Shown here piece by piece: positions 1-9,900 of a stretch of 64,000 nt of DNA (position 1 is the first letter of the stretch; every line of letters starts with the position of its first letter). The notes below the pieces were generated by a model. It was not told the DNA's origin. It made no database searches and saw only the letters and a list, made by a program, of their open reading frames with translations. The DNA is from Pseudomonadales bacterium (GTDB lineage Bacteria; Pseudomonadota; Gammaproteobacteria; Pseudomonadales; Balneatricaceae). The DNA lies in the NCBI GenBank assembly GCA_049625185.1, contig JBMZUZ010000007.1, positions 32,704-96,703 on the forward strand, given 5' to 3'. A program made the translations under genes and the position numbers.

Positions 1-184
1 ACATACCTAGTAATGTGGTTTTACCAGAACCTGATGCACCAACAATGGCAACACTTTCCCCAGGCACAATATTGAGCTCAACTTGGTCAAGAATACGTAA
101 ATCTGGTTGATCTGCGTTTCCGTTTGGGCTATTTATTACCTGGCACAGGCCGTCAGTGGCCAGAAACGGTGCATTATTTGACAT
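1..184 (-). CDS. ybbA: ABC transporter ATP-binding protein, YbbA/LolD-like (N-terminal part only; gene runs off the window start)
   Basis: Reverse-strand reading from the ATG (complement of 182-184) gives MSNNAPFLATDGLCQVINSPNGNADQPDLRILDQVELNIVPGESVAIVGASGSGKTTLLGM, with Walker A GASGSGKT. It is divergent from a tesA-like gene, as in E. coli. It is not in the ORF track because it is truncated. Confidence 0.75.
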   Translation of the reverse strand, partial: MSNNAPFLATDGLCQVINSPNGNADQPDLRILDQVELNIVPGESVAIVGASGSGKTTLLGM

Positions 185-245
185 AGGATTACCAATGATA
201 GATTTAATCAGGTTTAGATTATCGCAATTTAAAGCTTGCTTCGGT

Positions 246-851
246 ATGGCAAACACAGCTTTTTGCATTATTTTTACATTTCTAAGTATTAGCCTGCCGG
301 TACAAGCCAAAACGGTTTTGGTTTTGGGTGATAGTCTCAGTGCTGGTTATGGTATGAGCTTACAAGAAGCCTGGCCAGCATTATTGGAAAAGCGTTTGCA
401 ACAGGAGCTGGAAAGTAAGGATTGGAACGTAATTAATGCCAGCATCAGTGGTGAGACCAGTGAAGGTGGGTTGCGCCGCTTGCCTATGCTGCTAGAAGAG
501 TTTGACCCAGATTGGCTATTATTGGAGTTGGGTGCTAATGATGGTTTGCGGGGCTACCCTGTACCAACCATTAGTGCCAATCTAGCGCGTATGATTAATA
601 TGGCTCAGGCCTCAGAAATCAATGTGGCTATTTTAGGTATTCGTATACCACCTAATTATGGCGCACGTTATAGCGAACCATTTTTCGCTCAATATGCACA
701 ATTAGCCGAACGTTTTAACACCCAACTAGTGCCTTTTATTTTGGAAGATGTGGCTATTAATCCAGAGCTGATGATGGCTGATGGTTTGCATCCGACTGTG
801 CAAGCCCAGCCAATTGTCTTGGATAATGTCTGGCGTCATATTAATTGGTAA
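246..851 (+). CDS. tesA: SGNH/GDSL hydrolase, TesA-like acyl-CoA thioesterase I / lysophospholipase L1
   Basis: Motifs present: GDSLSAGYG (block I), GANDGLRG (block III), DGLHP (block V). The signal-like N-terminus MANTAFCIIFTFLSISLPVQA begins at ATG 246. The track start at 156 would overlap the divergent ybbA start, so the internal ATG is preferred. Confidence 0.85.
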   Translation: MANTAFCIIFTFLSISLPVQAKTVLVLGDSLSAGYGMSLQEAWPALLEKRLQQELESKDWNVINASISGETSEGGLRRLPMLLEEFDPDWLLLELGANDGLRGYPVPTISANLARMINMAQASEINVAILGIRIPPNYGARYSEPFFAQYAQLAERFNTQLVPFILEDVAINPELMMADGLHPTVQAQPIVLDNVWRHINW

Positions 852-882
852 GTAAGCTTTATTGGGCTTAAACTGCGGACAT

Positions 883-913
883 AAAAAAAGGCAGATTGTA
901 ATCTACCTTTTTT
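883..913 (-). terminator. Rho-independent terminator between the convergent tesA and rpoH genes (better on the minus strand)
   Basis: The minus strand reads GGTAGAT-TACA-ATCTGCC followed by TTTTTTT. The plus strand has the complementary stem with one C-A mismatch and a T6 run, so it may act in both directions. Confidence 0.6.
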
Positions 914-938
914 GATTTCGAGAACTTATTTAACTATT

Positions 939-1787
939 TTAGCTCATGGCCAGCTTAAGTTTTTTCATGGCATTTTTTTCTAGCTGACGAATACGCTCAG
1001 CGGATACTTGGTATTGATCTGCCAAAGTATGCAAAGTCGATTTTGAATCGCTCAACCAGCGTTGTTGAAGAATATCTCGACTGCGATCATCAAGTTCAGC
1101 CATAGCATTAGCCAGACGTTGATTGGAGTTTTGTTCCCAGTCGCTGGCTTCTACTTGTAAAGCAGGATCAGCAGCCTTATCTTCCAGAAAGTATGCTGGT
1201 GCCTGATAAGCATTATCGTCATCACTTTCTGGGGCATCAAAAGCCATATCTTGGGCCGCCATGCGACCTTCCATCTGTTCCACAACCTTGGCATCAACGC
1301 CCAAGTCAGCGGCAACAGCATTGACTTCATTTTGAGTAAGCCAAGCTAGCTTCTTCTTCGAACTACGCAGGTTAAAGAACAACTTGCGTTGGCTTTTGGT
1401 AGTGGCCACCTTAACAATGCGCCAGTTGCGAAGAATATATTCATGCATTTCAGCCTTAATCCAATGCACCGCAAAGGACACAAGACGCACGCCAACCTCA
1501 GGGTTAAAACGTTTTACTGCCTTCATAAGGCCAACGTTGCCTTCTTGCACTAAATCAGCTTGTGGTAAGCCGTAGCCGGAGTAGCTTTTGGCAATATGCA
1601 CAACAAAGCGCAGGTGCGACATAACCAACTGGCGAGCAGCTTCTAAGTCATTTTCGTGATATAAACGGTTAGCAAGCGCGCGTTCTTCTTCCACGGTAAG
1701 TACTGGAATAGCACTGACCGTTTGTAGATATGCCTCGTGGTTTTGACCCGGTGTTAAGGCATCAATGGCAAGTAATTGCTTACCCAT
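939..1787 (-). CDS. rpoH: RNA polymerase sigma-32 (heat-shock sigma factor RpoH)
   Basis: 282 aa. It carries the RpoH-box-like segment QRKLFFNLR and conserved 2.x regions ([53 protein letters not shown]). It lies downstream of ftsYEX, as in E. coli. Confidence 0.95.
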   Translation of the reverse strand: MGKQLLAIDALTPGQNHEAYLQTVSAIPVLTVEEERALANRLYHENDLEAARQLVMSHLRFVVHIAKSYSGYGLPQADLVQEGNVGLMKAVKRFNPEVGVRLVSFAVHWIKAEMHEYILRNWRIVKVATTKSQRKLFFNLRSSKKKLAWLTQNEVNAVAADLGVDAKVVEQMEGRMAAQDMAFDAPESDDDNAYQAPAYFLEDKAADPALQVEASDWEQNSNQRLANAMAELDDRSRDILQQRWLSDSKSTLHTLADQYQVSAERIRQLEKNAMKKLKLAMS

Positions 1788-2035
1788 ATAATAACTCCTT
1801 CAATTTAGAGGCGGCTGGCAAATTGATGTAGATAGTTTATGCCGATGTCACTTGCCTCTTATATATGCGCCATATTATAGCATAATTAGGGCGCTTTTAT
1901 AGCTCCTAGAATGTGGGAACCATTTTTGAATGGATAATACTAGTTAGGCTTATTGGCAAGTGCAAGGCTAATCTGGCTGCAAGGGAGTAAAGCTCTGTAA
2001 AGATGGCTCAGATTAGGTGCTGTTTAAGCACTAAA

Positions 2036-2998
2036 TCACGGCTCCATCTGCCGTAATTGGCGTTGTACGGTAACTAATGCTGCTAACATCGCTAGACTTG
2101 AGCTGCCAATAAGGGTAAGGATTAAATGCCATAATTGCAGATTATGCAGTTGCCATTGGCTACTAAAACTAATGGCTAAGTTGGTAAGGGAGGGCTGCAG
2201 AGCCCCTAGGGCAATACCCATCATACCGCTAGCTAAAAGGCCTGCGAAAAGTCCCGTCCAAAGGGCTGTATAAAGAAAGGGGCGGCGCAAATAGGCATCA
2301 GTGCCGCCGACTAGCTTAATCACTAAAATTTCTTCCCGCCGCTTTTCTATTTGCATACGCATAGTGTTACCCATCACGAGCAGTACCCCAAGAATTAACA
2401 TCACCGTTAATACCCAAATACCTCGTTGTGTGGATTGCACTAGAGCTTGCAGGCGTTGCAACCATAGTTGATCAATTAACACCTGATCCACCTGTTTTAT
2501 GGCGCTTAACTGCTCGGCTAGAAGAGCAATAGTTTCAGGCTCATTATGTTGGGGTTCAACTAGTATGGTGGCCGGTATGGGGTTCTCAGTTAAGCTTTCA
2601 AGAATATTACCTAAGCCACTGGCCAAGCTAAATTCGGTTAATGCTGCGGCAGCGGGTATAAAGGTTATATGTTTGATATCACTACGCTTTTGCAGCTGAT
2701 TAGCCAGTGTTTCGGCTTGTGTTTGACTGGTGTCTAAATGCAAAAATACACTGATATGGTTATCGGTATTGAGCTGGTTAGCTAGATTCTGTACTTGGCC
2801 TAGCATAATCATCAAGGTGCCTGGCAAAGCCAGTGCTACGGCTAGAGTAACCCATATGAGGAGATTGCTTAACGGATTGCGCCATAGTCGCGACCAACTA
2901 CTGAGGGCTACTTCAAAATGCTCTCTAACTAACCGCTTACCAATTTTCTCGGGACGGCTGCGCTGGGCTTGGCTGGCTGTCTTTTCCTTGGCCGTCAT
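2036..2998 (-). CDS. ftsX: Cell division ABC transporter permease FtsX
   Basis: 320 aa with four predicted TM segments and a large periplasmic loop. It directly follows ftsE (the stop and start abut). Confidence 0.9.
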   Translation of the reverse strand: MTAKEKTASQAQRSRPEKIGKRLVREHFEVALSSWSRLWRNPLSNLLIWVTLAVALALPGTLMIMLGQVQNLANQLNTDNHISVFLHLDTSQTQAETLANQLQKRSDIKHITFIPAAAALTEFSLASGLGNILESLTENPIPATILVEPQHNEPETIALLAEQLSAIKQVDQVLIDQLWLQRLQALVQSTQRGIWVLTVMLILGVLLVMGNTMRMQIEKRREEILVIKLVGGTDAYLRRPFLYTALWTGLFAGLLASGMMGIALGALQPSLTNLAISFSSQWQLHNLQLWHLILTLIGSSSLAMLAALVTVQRQLRQMEP

Positions 2999-3667
2999 TT
3001 AAGCGCCTCCAGCAAAGGCACCACTAATATGGCCTTGATGTAAATGGATTTTGGGATGGGGTAATGCCTCAATCAGATTAAGATCATGACTAGCGATGAG
3101 AACCGTAACCCCTACCTGATTGAATTGCTCGAACAGTTGCATTATCTCTGCCGATAACTTGGGATCGAGGTTGCCCGTAGGTTCGTCGGCAAGTATCAAG
3201 CGAGGTTTGTTGACAATGGCACGGGCAATACCAATACGCTGTTGTTCTCCCGTTGATAGTACCTTGGGTAGCTGTTTTTCCTTACTAAGTAAGCCCACTT
3301 TGTCGAGGGCCGCCCTGACTCGACGACCAGCATCGCGATTATTGTAGCCACTTACTTTTAAAGGCAAGGCAATATTGTCATAAACACTGTAATCATCAAG
3401 CAGTTGATGGTTTTGAAATACTAAACCAATTTTGCGCCGATGGAGGGCAATCTGATTACCTTGCAGCTTACTTAAGTCTTGTTGGTCGACAATAACGCGG
3501 CCAGATGACGGCTGCTCCATCAGCATGATCAGTTTTAACAGGGTACTTTTACCAGCCCCAGAGTGCCCGGTAAGAAAGGCCATAGCCCCTTGTGGCATAT
3601 TTAAGTTGGTATGATCGAGCGCTGTTTTGTCACCATAGCGCTTGCTGACTTGCTCTAGGTGAATCAT
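2999..3667 (-). CDS. ftsE: Cell division ATP-binding protein FtsE
   Basis: 222 aa with Walker A GHSGAGKST, ABC signature LSTGEQQRIGIARA and Walker B LILADEPTGNLD. It overlaps the ftsY stop by 4 nt. Confidence 0.93.
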   Translation of the reverse strand: MIHLEQVSKRYGDKTALDHTNLNMPQGAMAFLTGHSGAGKSTLLKLIMLMEQPSSGRVIVDQQDLSKLQGNQIALHRRKIGLVFQNHQLLDDYSVYDNIALPLKVSGYNNRDAGRRVRAALDKVGLLSKEKQLPKVLSTGEQQRIGIARAIVNKPRLILADEPTGNLDPKLSAEIMQLFEQFNQVGVTVLIASHDLNLIEALPHPKIHLHQGHISGAFAGGA

Positions 3668-4797
3668 TTTGCGTTATCAACCTGCGCTTTTTCAAACAGG
3701 GCATCAATAAATTCTTCGGCATTAAAAGGGCGTAAGTCGTCAGCTTGTTCGCCCACACCGATAAAGCGAATCGGCAAAGCAGACTGTTTTGCTAAGGCAA
3801 AGATTACACCGCCTTTGGCGGTTCCATCAAGTTTGGTGAGAGTGACACCAGATACGCCTACTGCGTCGCCAAACAAAGCTGCTTGACTGAGGGCATTTTG
3901 CCCCGTGCCTGCATCTAATACGAGCATCACTTCATGGGGTGCTTCAGCATCCAGTTTCTGCATCACCCGCACTACTTTACTAAGCTCATCCATAAGATGG
4001 CCTTTATTTTGTAGACGTCCAGCGGTATCGGCAATGACAATATCCACACCCTTAGCTTGAGCTGATTGCACGGCATCAAAGATTACCGAGGCACTATCAG
4101 CGCCTGTATGTTGTGCCACTACAGGAACGTTATTGCGCTCTCCCCAAGTTTGCAATTGCTCCACGGCAGCAGCACGAAAGGTATCACCAGCAGCTAACAG
4201 CACAGATTTACCTTGAGCCTGAAAACGCTTAGTTAATTTACCAATGGTAGTGGTTTTACCAGCACCATTAACACCTACCATTAAAATAACAAAAGGCTGT
4301 TCTTGAGTAGGGATTTCTAGGGGTAGTGTGCAAGGTTGAATTAGGCTTGCTAAGCAATCTCGCAGAGCAGCATAAAGGGCTTGGGGGTCTTGTAAATCTT
4401 TGCGCGCCACTGTTTCTGTTAGTTCAGCCATTATGGCTGCGGTCGCTTCAACACCTATATCGGCCATTAAGAGCTGTGTTTCAAGCTCTTCGAAGAGGTC
4501 GTCATCAATGGCCTTAGCGCCCATAAATAGGCTCGCTAAACCCTCACCAAGTTGCGATCGAGTTCGGGCTAGGCCTTGGCGGATGCGGGCAAAAAAATGA
4601 CCGCCTGCGGGCTTGTCTGCTGGCTCTATTGGCGCTGATACGATTGCTTCATCAGCCGTGGCCAAATTATCTGGCTGAATTCCTGGCTGGGATTCAGGTT
4701 GTGATTCAGGCTGAGAGGCATTTTGGTTAGGGTCGCTCTCGCTTGCTGCAGTGGTCTCTTTTTGCTTGTGCTTGCCAAATAAGTTAAATAGAGCCAT
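3664..4797 (-). CDS. ftsY: Signal recognition particle receptor FtsY
   Basis: NG domain motifs GVNGAGKTTTIGKL, DTAGR and TKLDGTAKGG, plus an acidic Q/P/E-rich N-terminal A-domain. Start chosen at MALFNLFGK (ATG 4797) with GGAGGA upstream. The track start at 4836 adds 13 aa and is less likely. Confidence 0.9.
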   Translation of the reverse strand: MALFNLFGKHKQKETTAASESDPNQNASQPESQPESQPGIQPDNLATADEAIVSAPIEPADKPAGGHFFARIRQGLARTRSQLGEGLASLFMGAKAIDDDLFEELETQLLMADIGVEATAAIMAELTETVARKDLQDPQALYAALRDCLASLIQPCTLPLEIPTQEQPFVILMVGVNGAGKTTTIGKLTKRFQAQGKSVLLAAGDTFRAAAVEQLQTWGERNNVPVVAQHTGADSASVIFDAVQSAQAKGVDIVIADTAGRLQNKGHLMDELSKVVRVMQKLDAEAPHEVMLVLDAGTGQNALSQAALFGDAVGVSGVTLTKLDGTAKGGVIFALAKQSALPIRFIGVGEQADDLRPFNAEEFIDALFEKAQVDNAK

Positions 4798-5008
4798 GGT
4801 GTTTGTGGCGTCCTCCAGTTTTGTTCTGTGCCGCATTCTATCATGATGGTAAATGGGGTTATACCCTGAAAAGTCATCACCAAACAGAGCTAAAAATGAC
4901 TATACTGTGACATTGTTCTAAGTTTTTAGGCGAGTGATACTAAGTTATGCTGTTGCTGCCCAATAAGATACCCTACAATAGTTTTTTACATGGATAATCT
5001 GTAGATTT

Positions 5009-5665
5009 ATGACGCGCCATCGCCAACCGCCGAAAAGCAAGAAAAAACACCTGTTTAAGGCTATTTCAGGTCAGGATAAGGTAGTTAATATTGCCCAGCC
5101 TGCACGTCAGGAGCTGCGCATTATTGCCGGTCACTGGCGTGGGCGTAAAGTGCCCTTTACGGCGGTCTCTGGTCTACGACCCACCTCTGACCGAGTTCGT
5201 GAAACCCTATTTAATTGGTTGGCACCCATATTACCCGGTGCCACTTGTTTAGATTTGTTTGCAGGTACAGGAGCTTTGGGCTTAGAAGCGCTATCTAGGG
5301 ATGCGGCTGACGTAGATATGGTGGAGCTATCACAGGTAGCCAAGCAGCAATTAGAGCAGAACTTGGCAACATTGCCATTGCAGGAAAATCAGCAAGTTCA
5401 GGTGCACAATATGAGTTGCTTTGATTGGTTGCGTCAAACAAACAAAACCTATGATGTAGTGTTTTTAGATCCACCCTTTGCTTTGTCTTTAATGGACGAT
5501 GTGTTAGTACTGTTGCAAGAAGCTTCGTTATTACGCGCCGGTAGTTTAATTTATATTGAGCAGCCGAAACCTTTAGCTAATTTATCACTACCCAAACACT
5601 GGCATCTGCACCGCCAAAAAAAGGCTGGGCAGGTACACTATGGTGTTATTCGCGTTGAAACTTAG
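5009..5665 (+). CDS. rsmD: 16S rRNA (guanine966-N2)-methyltransferase RsmD
   Basis: SAM-binding motif LDLFAGTGALGLEALSR and the DPPF motif (VFLDPPF). It is divergent from ftsY, as in E. coli. Confidence 0.85.
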   Translation: MTRHRQPPKSKKKHLFKAISGQDKVVNIAQPARQELRIIAGHWRGRKVPFTAVSGLRPTSDRVRETLFNWLAPILPGATCLDLFAGTGALGLEALSRDAADVDMVELSQVAKQQLEQNLATLPLQENQQVQVHNMSCFDWLRQTNKTYDVVFLDPPFALSLMDDVLVLLQEASLLRAGSLIYIEQPKPLANLSLPKHWHLHRQKKAGQVHYGVIRVET

Positions 5666-5671
5666 GCTTAG

Positions 5672-6883
5672 TTAGCCGACGACTTTGGCCACAGCTTGTT
5701 CGAGTAGAGCCAGCCCGTCATCAATATCAGTATCGGGAATTAACAAAGACGGTGCCATCCTGATTACATCAGGACCGGCCACAAGAACCATCAAACCCGC
5801 TTCGGCTGCAGCCTGCTGGAAGACCCCAGCTTGCCCTTGAAACTGCTTATTCATAGCGCAGCCAAGTAAGAGCCCGCTGCCACGTATTTCAGCACAAAAG
5901 TTATACCGCTCATTAATGACTGCTAAGCCAGCTTTAAAGCGTTCTGATTTGGTATTTATGGCACTTAATACCTGCGGTTGGTTGATCAAATCCAGCACTT
6001 TCGAAGCAATAGCGCAGGCTAAGGGGTTACCCCCATAGGTGCTGCCATGGGTGCCAACTTCAAAATGCTCGGCAACACTCGCGCTGGCAAGCATGGCGGC
6101 TACGGGAAAGCCATTGCCCAAGCCTTTGGCACTGGTCAAAATATCAGGAGTAATACCTAATTGCTCATAGCCATAAAGTGTGCCCAAACGACCGACGCCG
6201 GTTTGTACTTCATCCATGACGAGCAGAGCTTGGTATTGGTCACATAATTCTCTAACGCGCTTGGCAAAAGCCGTTGTGGCGGCATTAATGCCACCCTCAC
6301 CCTGTAAGGGTTCCATAATAATAGCGCAGGTCTTGTCAGACACAGCAGCCTCAAGAGCCGCTATATCGTTATAGGGCAGGTGGGTGATACCTTCAATAGC
6401 AGGGCCAAAGCCTTCCCTGTATTTGGCTTGGCCACCGACACTGACAGTAAATAGAGTACGCCCATGGAAGCCTTGTTCAAAGGCAATAATTTCATGCTTG
6501 TCTGGGCCAAATTTATTGTGAGCATAACGTCTTGCTAGTTTAAAAGCAGCTTCATTCGCTTCGGCACCGGAATTGGCAAAAAATATCCGGTCGGCAAAAG
6601 TAGCAGCAGTTAGCTGCTGAGCTAATTTTAGTGCCGGTTCATTAGTCATAACATTGGATAGATGCCAAAGCTTCTGCCCCTGTTCTTGCAAAGTCGCCAG
6701 CATTTCAGGGTGCGCATGGCCGACACTAGTAACGGCAATGCCCCCAGCAAAATCAATATATTCACGCCCTTCTTGATCCCACACACGAGAACCTTCACCA
6801 CGCACAGGGATCATTTTTGCAGGTGCATAGTTGGGCACCATAACTTGATCAAATAGTTCGCGTTTTAGTGGTTGGTCGGACAT
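5672..6883 (-). CDS. argD: Acetylornithine / succinylornithine aminotransferase (class III PLP aminotransferase)
   Basis: 403 aa, class III aminotransferase pattern: [24 protein letters not shown], and PLP-lysine context [11 protein letters not shown]. Confidence 0.85.
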   Translation of the reverse strand: MSDQPLKRELFDQVMVPNYAPAKMIPVRGEGSRVWDQEGREYIDFAGGIAVTSVGHAHPEMLATLQEQGQKLWHLSNVMTNEPALKLAQQLTAATFADRIFFANSGAEANEAAFKLARRYAHNKFGPDKHEIIAFEQGFHGRTLFTVSVGGQAKYREGFGPAIEGITHLPYNDIAALEAAVSDKTCAIIMEPLQGEGGINAATTAFAKRVRELCDQYQALLVMDEVQTGVGRLGTLYGYEQLGITPDILTSAKGLGNGFPVAAMLASASVAEHFEVGTHGSTYGGNPLACAIASKVLDLINQPQVLSAINTKSERFKAGLAVINERYNFCAEIRGSGLLLGCAMNKQFQGQAGVFQQAAAEAGLMVLVAGPDVIRMAPSLLIPDTDIDDGLALLEQAVAKVVG

Positions 6884-6908
6884 CTTCTATTCTCTATTTT
6901 CAGGTTAG

Positions 6909-9900
6909 TTAATATTGTAAATCATCAATAGCTCCAACTACTACTGACATTTTTGCCAAATCCAAATCTTGGCTATTTTGTAATTCATTTAATAGTCCAT
7001 CCAGACTACTAAGTGCTCGTTGCTGTTGCTGTTTCCATTGAGTGTAGCTGGAACTATGAAGTATGCCAGCCGTAAGCTCTGTTAGTTTAGCTTCAAGTGC
7101 CTGCTGGAGACTATATTGCGCCTTGCGTTGCCATGTATCTGAGCTAGGCAGCGCATCTATAGTTTGGCTAAGCCAGTCTGCACGAAGCTTGTTATATAGC
7201 CTGAACCATAGGCAACCAGCTGCTGTTACTGAATGCTGGTGACGTTTAGCCGCGCAAGCAATATCCAGCCCATAGTGGAAAAATGCCAACTGGCTCAGCT
7301 GGGCACTGGTATTATTATCCAGACCACATGCCTTGAGGTTTTGTTGGTATTTTTGCAGGCGATTTTGCGTTGCTTTTGGCAACCATTGCGTTAGGTTAGT
7401 AGCATAACTTTCAAAGGGCTCTATGTACAGGTCAATCATGCTATTAATACTGTCACCTGAATGATGTTTTAACAGCCAGTAAACCATGCTTTCGATTAAA
7501 GATTGAATTTGCTCATGCAAGTCTATGGCTTCATCGTAGTTTAGCTGTAAAGTGAATTGATCTAGTTTTGCCCACAATGAGTCAGCTTGAAGAATATGAC
7601 AAGCTGCAACAAAAGCCCGCGTTATATCAATAGCACTGGCAGCGGTTTCTTCTTGAAATAGATGCAGGAAGCTGGCTCCCATGCGGTTGCCGATCTGATT
7701 AGTTATATGAGTACAAATGATTTCTGCACGCAAAGGATGATTAGCCATTGCAGTAGCAAATTGGTCACTCAAAGGCTGCGGGAAGTATTCATTTAGTGCG
7801 CAGCTGAGATAATCGTCATGAGCTATTTCAGATGCCATTAATTCATCAAATAAATGCATTTTACTGTAGGCCAATAGGACGGCAATTTCAGGTCTTGTAA
7901 GGCCGTCTTGTTGGCGCATGCGTTCATCTATTTGGGTGTTGCTGGGTAAACCCTCTAAAGACCGGTTAAGCCGGCCAAGGCCTTCGAGGTGCTGGATTAG
8001 GCGTTTGTGTTTATGCAGGTTTTTAGAGGCGCTATGCTGTGCAATGCTTAACACCAGACTTTGATGGTAGTTATGATCTAGAACTAGATCAGCTACTTCG
8101 TCAGTCATGCTGGCCAGCAAGGTATTGCGTTGCTCGAGGGTGATGTCACCACCAGCAACGGCTTGTCCAAGAAGAATTTTGATATTTACTTCGTGATCAG
8201 AACTATCCACGCCGCCAGAATTGTCGATAGCATCAGTGTTAATTAAGCCACCATGTTGGGCGTACTCAATACGTCCCGCCTGTGAACACCCTAGATTACC
8301 ACCCTCACCAACAATGCGTGCACCAAGTTCATCGCCATTCACTCGCAGTGTATCGTTAGCTGGATCACCGATTTCATTGTGGCTTTCACTACTGGCTTTT
8401 ACATAAGTTCCGATACCACCATTCCAAAATAGATCAACAGGCATTTTTAGTAAGCCATGGATTAGTTCATTGGGGGTTAGCTTGGGTTGTTGAGTATTTA
8501 GCATAGACTGCATTTCGGGGCTTAGCTCAATATATTTGGCGTGGCGAGAAAAAACACCACCACCAGTGGAAATGAGCTCACTATTGTAATCGGCCCAACT
8601 AGTACGTGGCAGCTTAAATAAACGCTGGCGCTCTTTAAAGGATTGACTTGCATTAGGCTTAGGATCAACAAATATATGTAGATGATTAAAAGCCGCCTGC
8701 AAACAAATATGTTTAGATAACAACATACCATTACCAAACACATCACCACCCATGTCGCCGACACCAATAACGCTAAAGTCCTGTTGTTGGCAGTCATGTC
8801 CTCTTTCAGCAAATAAGCGTTTTACCGACTCCCAAGCCCCACGTGCCGTGATGCCCATTTTTTTATGGTCATAACCATTGGCGCCTCCAGAGGCAAAGGC
8901 GTCACCAAGCCAAAAGTTGTTATCAGCGGAGATGGCATTGGCAATATCTGAGAAGGTGGCTGTACCTTTATCAGCAGCCACTACGAGGTAAGGATCATCA
9001 TCATCGTAGCGCACCAGTTGTGCTGGCGGCGTGACTACTTGATCAATAATGTTATCGGTCAAGTCAAGCAAGGCTTGTATAAAGGTAGAATAGCTGCGCG
9101 TTACTTCTGCCATAAGTTCTTCACGGCTGCCAGACTCGGGTAATTGTTTACAAACAAACCCACCTTTCGCACCTAAGGGAACAATAACAGCGTTCTTTAC
9201 CATTTGCGCTTTTACTAGACCAAGAACTTCTGTGCGGTAGTCCTCATGACGATCAGACCAACGCAAACCGCCACGGGCAACCTTGCCACCGCGTAAATGC
9301 ACACCCTCTACCCAAGTGGAAAATACAAAAATTTCGAATTTTGGGGTTGGCAAAGGCATATCTGGAATCTGCCAAGGGTCTATCTTAAGAGCCAAATATG
9401 CTGGTACCTGGCCGAGCTTGTTGGTTTGGTAATAATTACAACGAAGGGTCGCGGTTATGGTAGCTAAAAAGTATTTGATAATGCGGTCTTCATTTAAGTT
9501 ACTTACCTGATCCAGGGCTGTATAAATCTGTTTAGTGATTTTATCCTGAGATTGTTGGTTGTGCGATTGGGGGTCAAATCGCGCCTTAAACAAACTTATC
9601 AATAAGCGGCTAATATGAGCATGTTTATTGAGAGTGGTTTGGGTGTAGCTCTTACTAAAGGGTACTTGAATTTGATGTAAGTAAGCGCTGATGGCGCGCA
9701 TTAATTCAGCCTCACGCCAACTGAGTCCTGCACTTAACACCAAGCCATTAAAGCGGTCACTGCTAATGCGGCCAGAATAAGCTTGCGCAAAAGCGGCTTG
9801 AAAAGCCTCTTTAACAGAATCAATATCCAAATTGGTGTTGGTGATAAATTGAATGGCAAAATCAATCATCCACAAGGCTTCACTTGATGTAGGTTTGATT

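Noticed and set aside
1874-1879. TATAAT (minus strand) about 87 nt upstream of rpoH as a sigma70 -10, and a search for a sigmaE-type rpoH P3 promoter
   Set aside because: No convincing -35 lies at 16-18 nt spacing. No GGAACTT-N16-TCAAA arrangement was found either. It stays unreported as a feature because the support is a lone hexamer.
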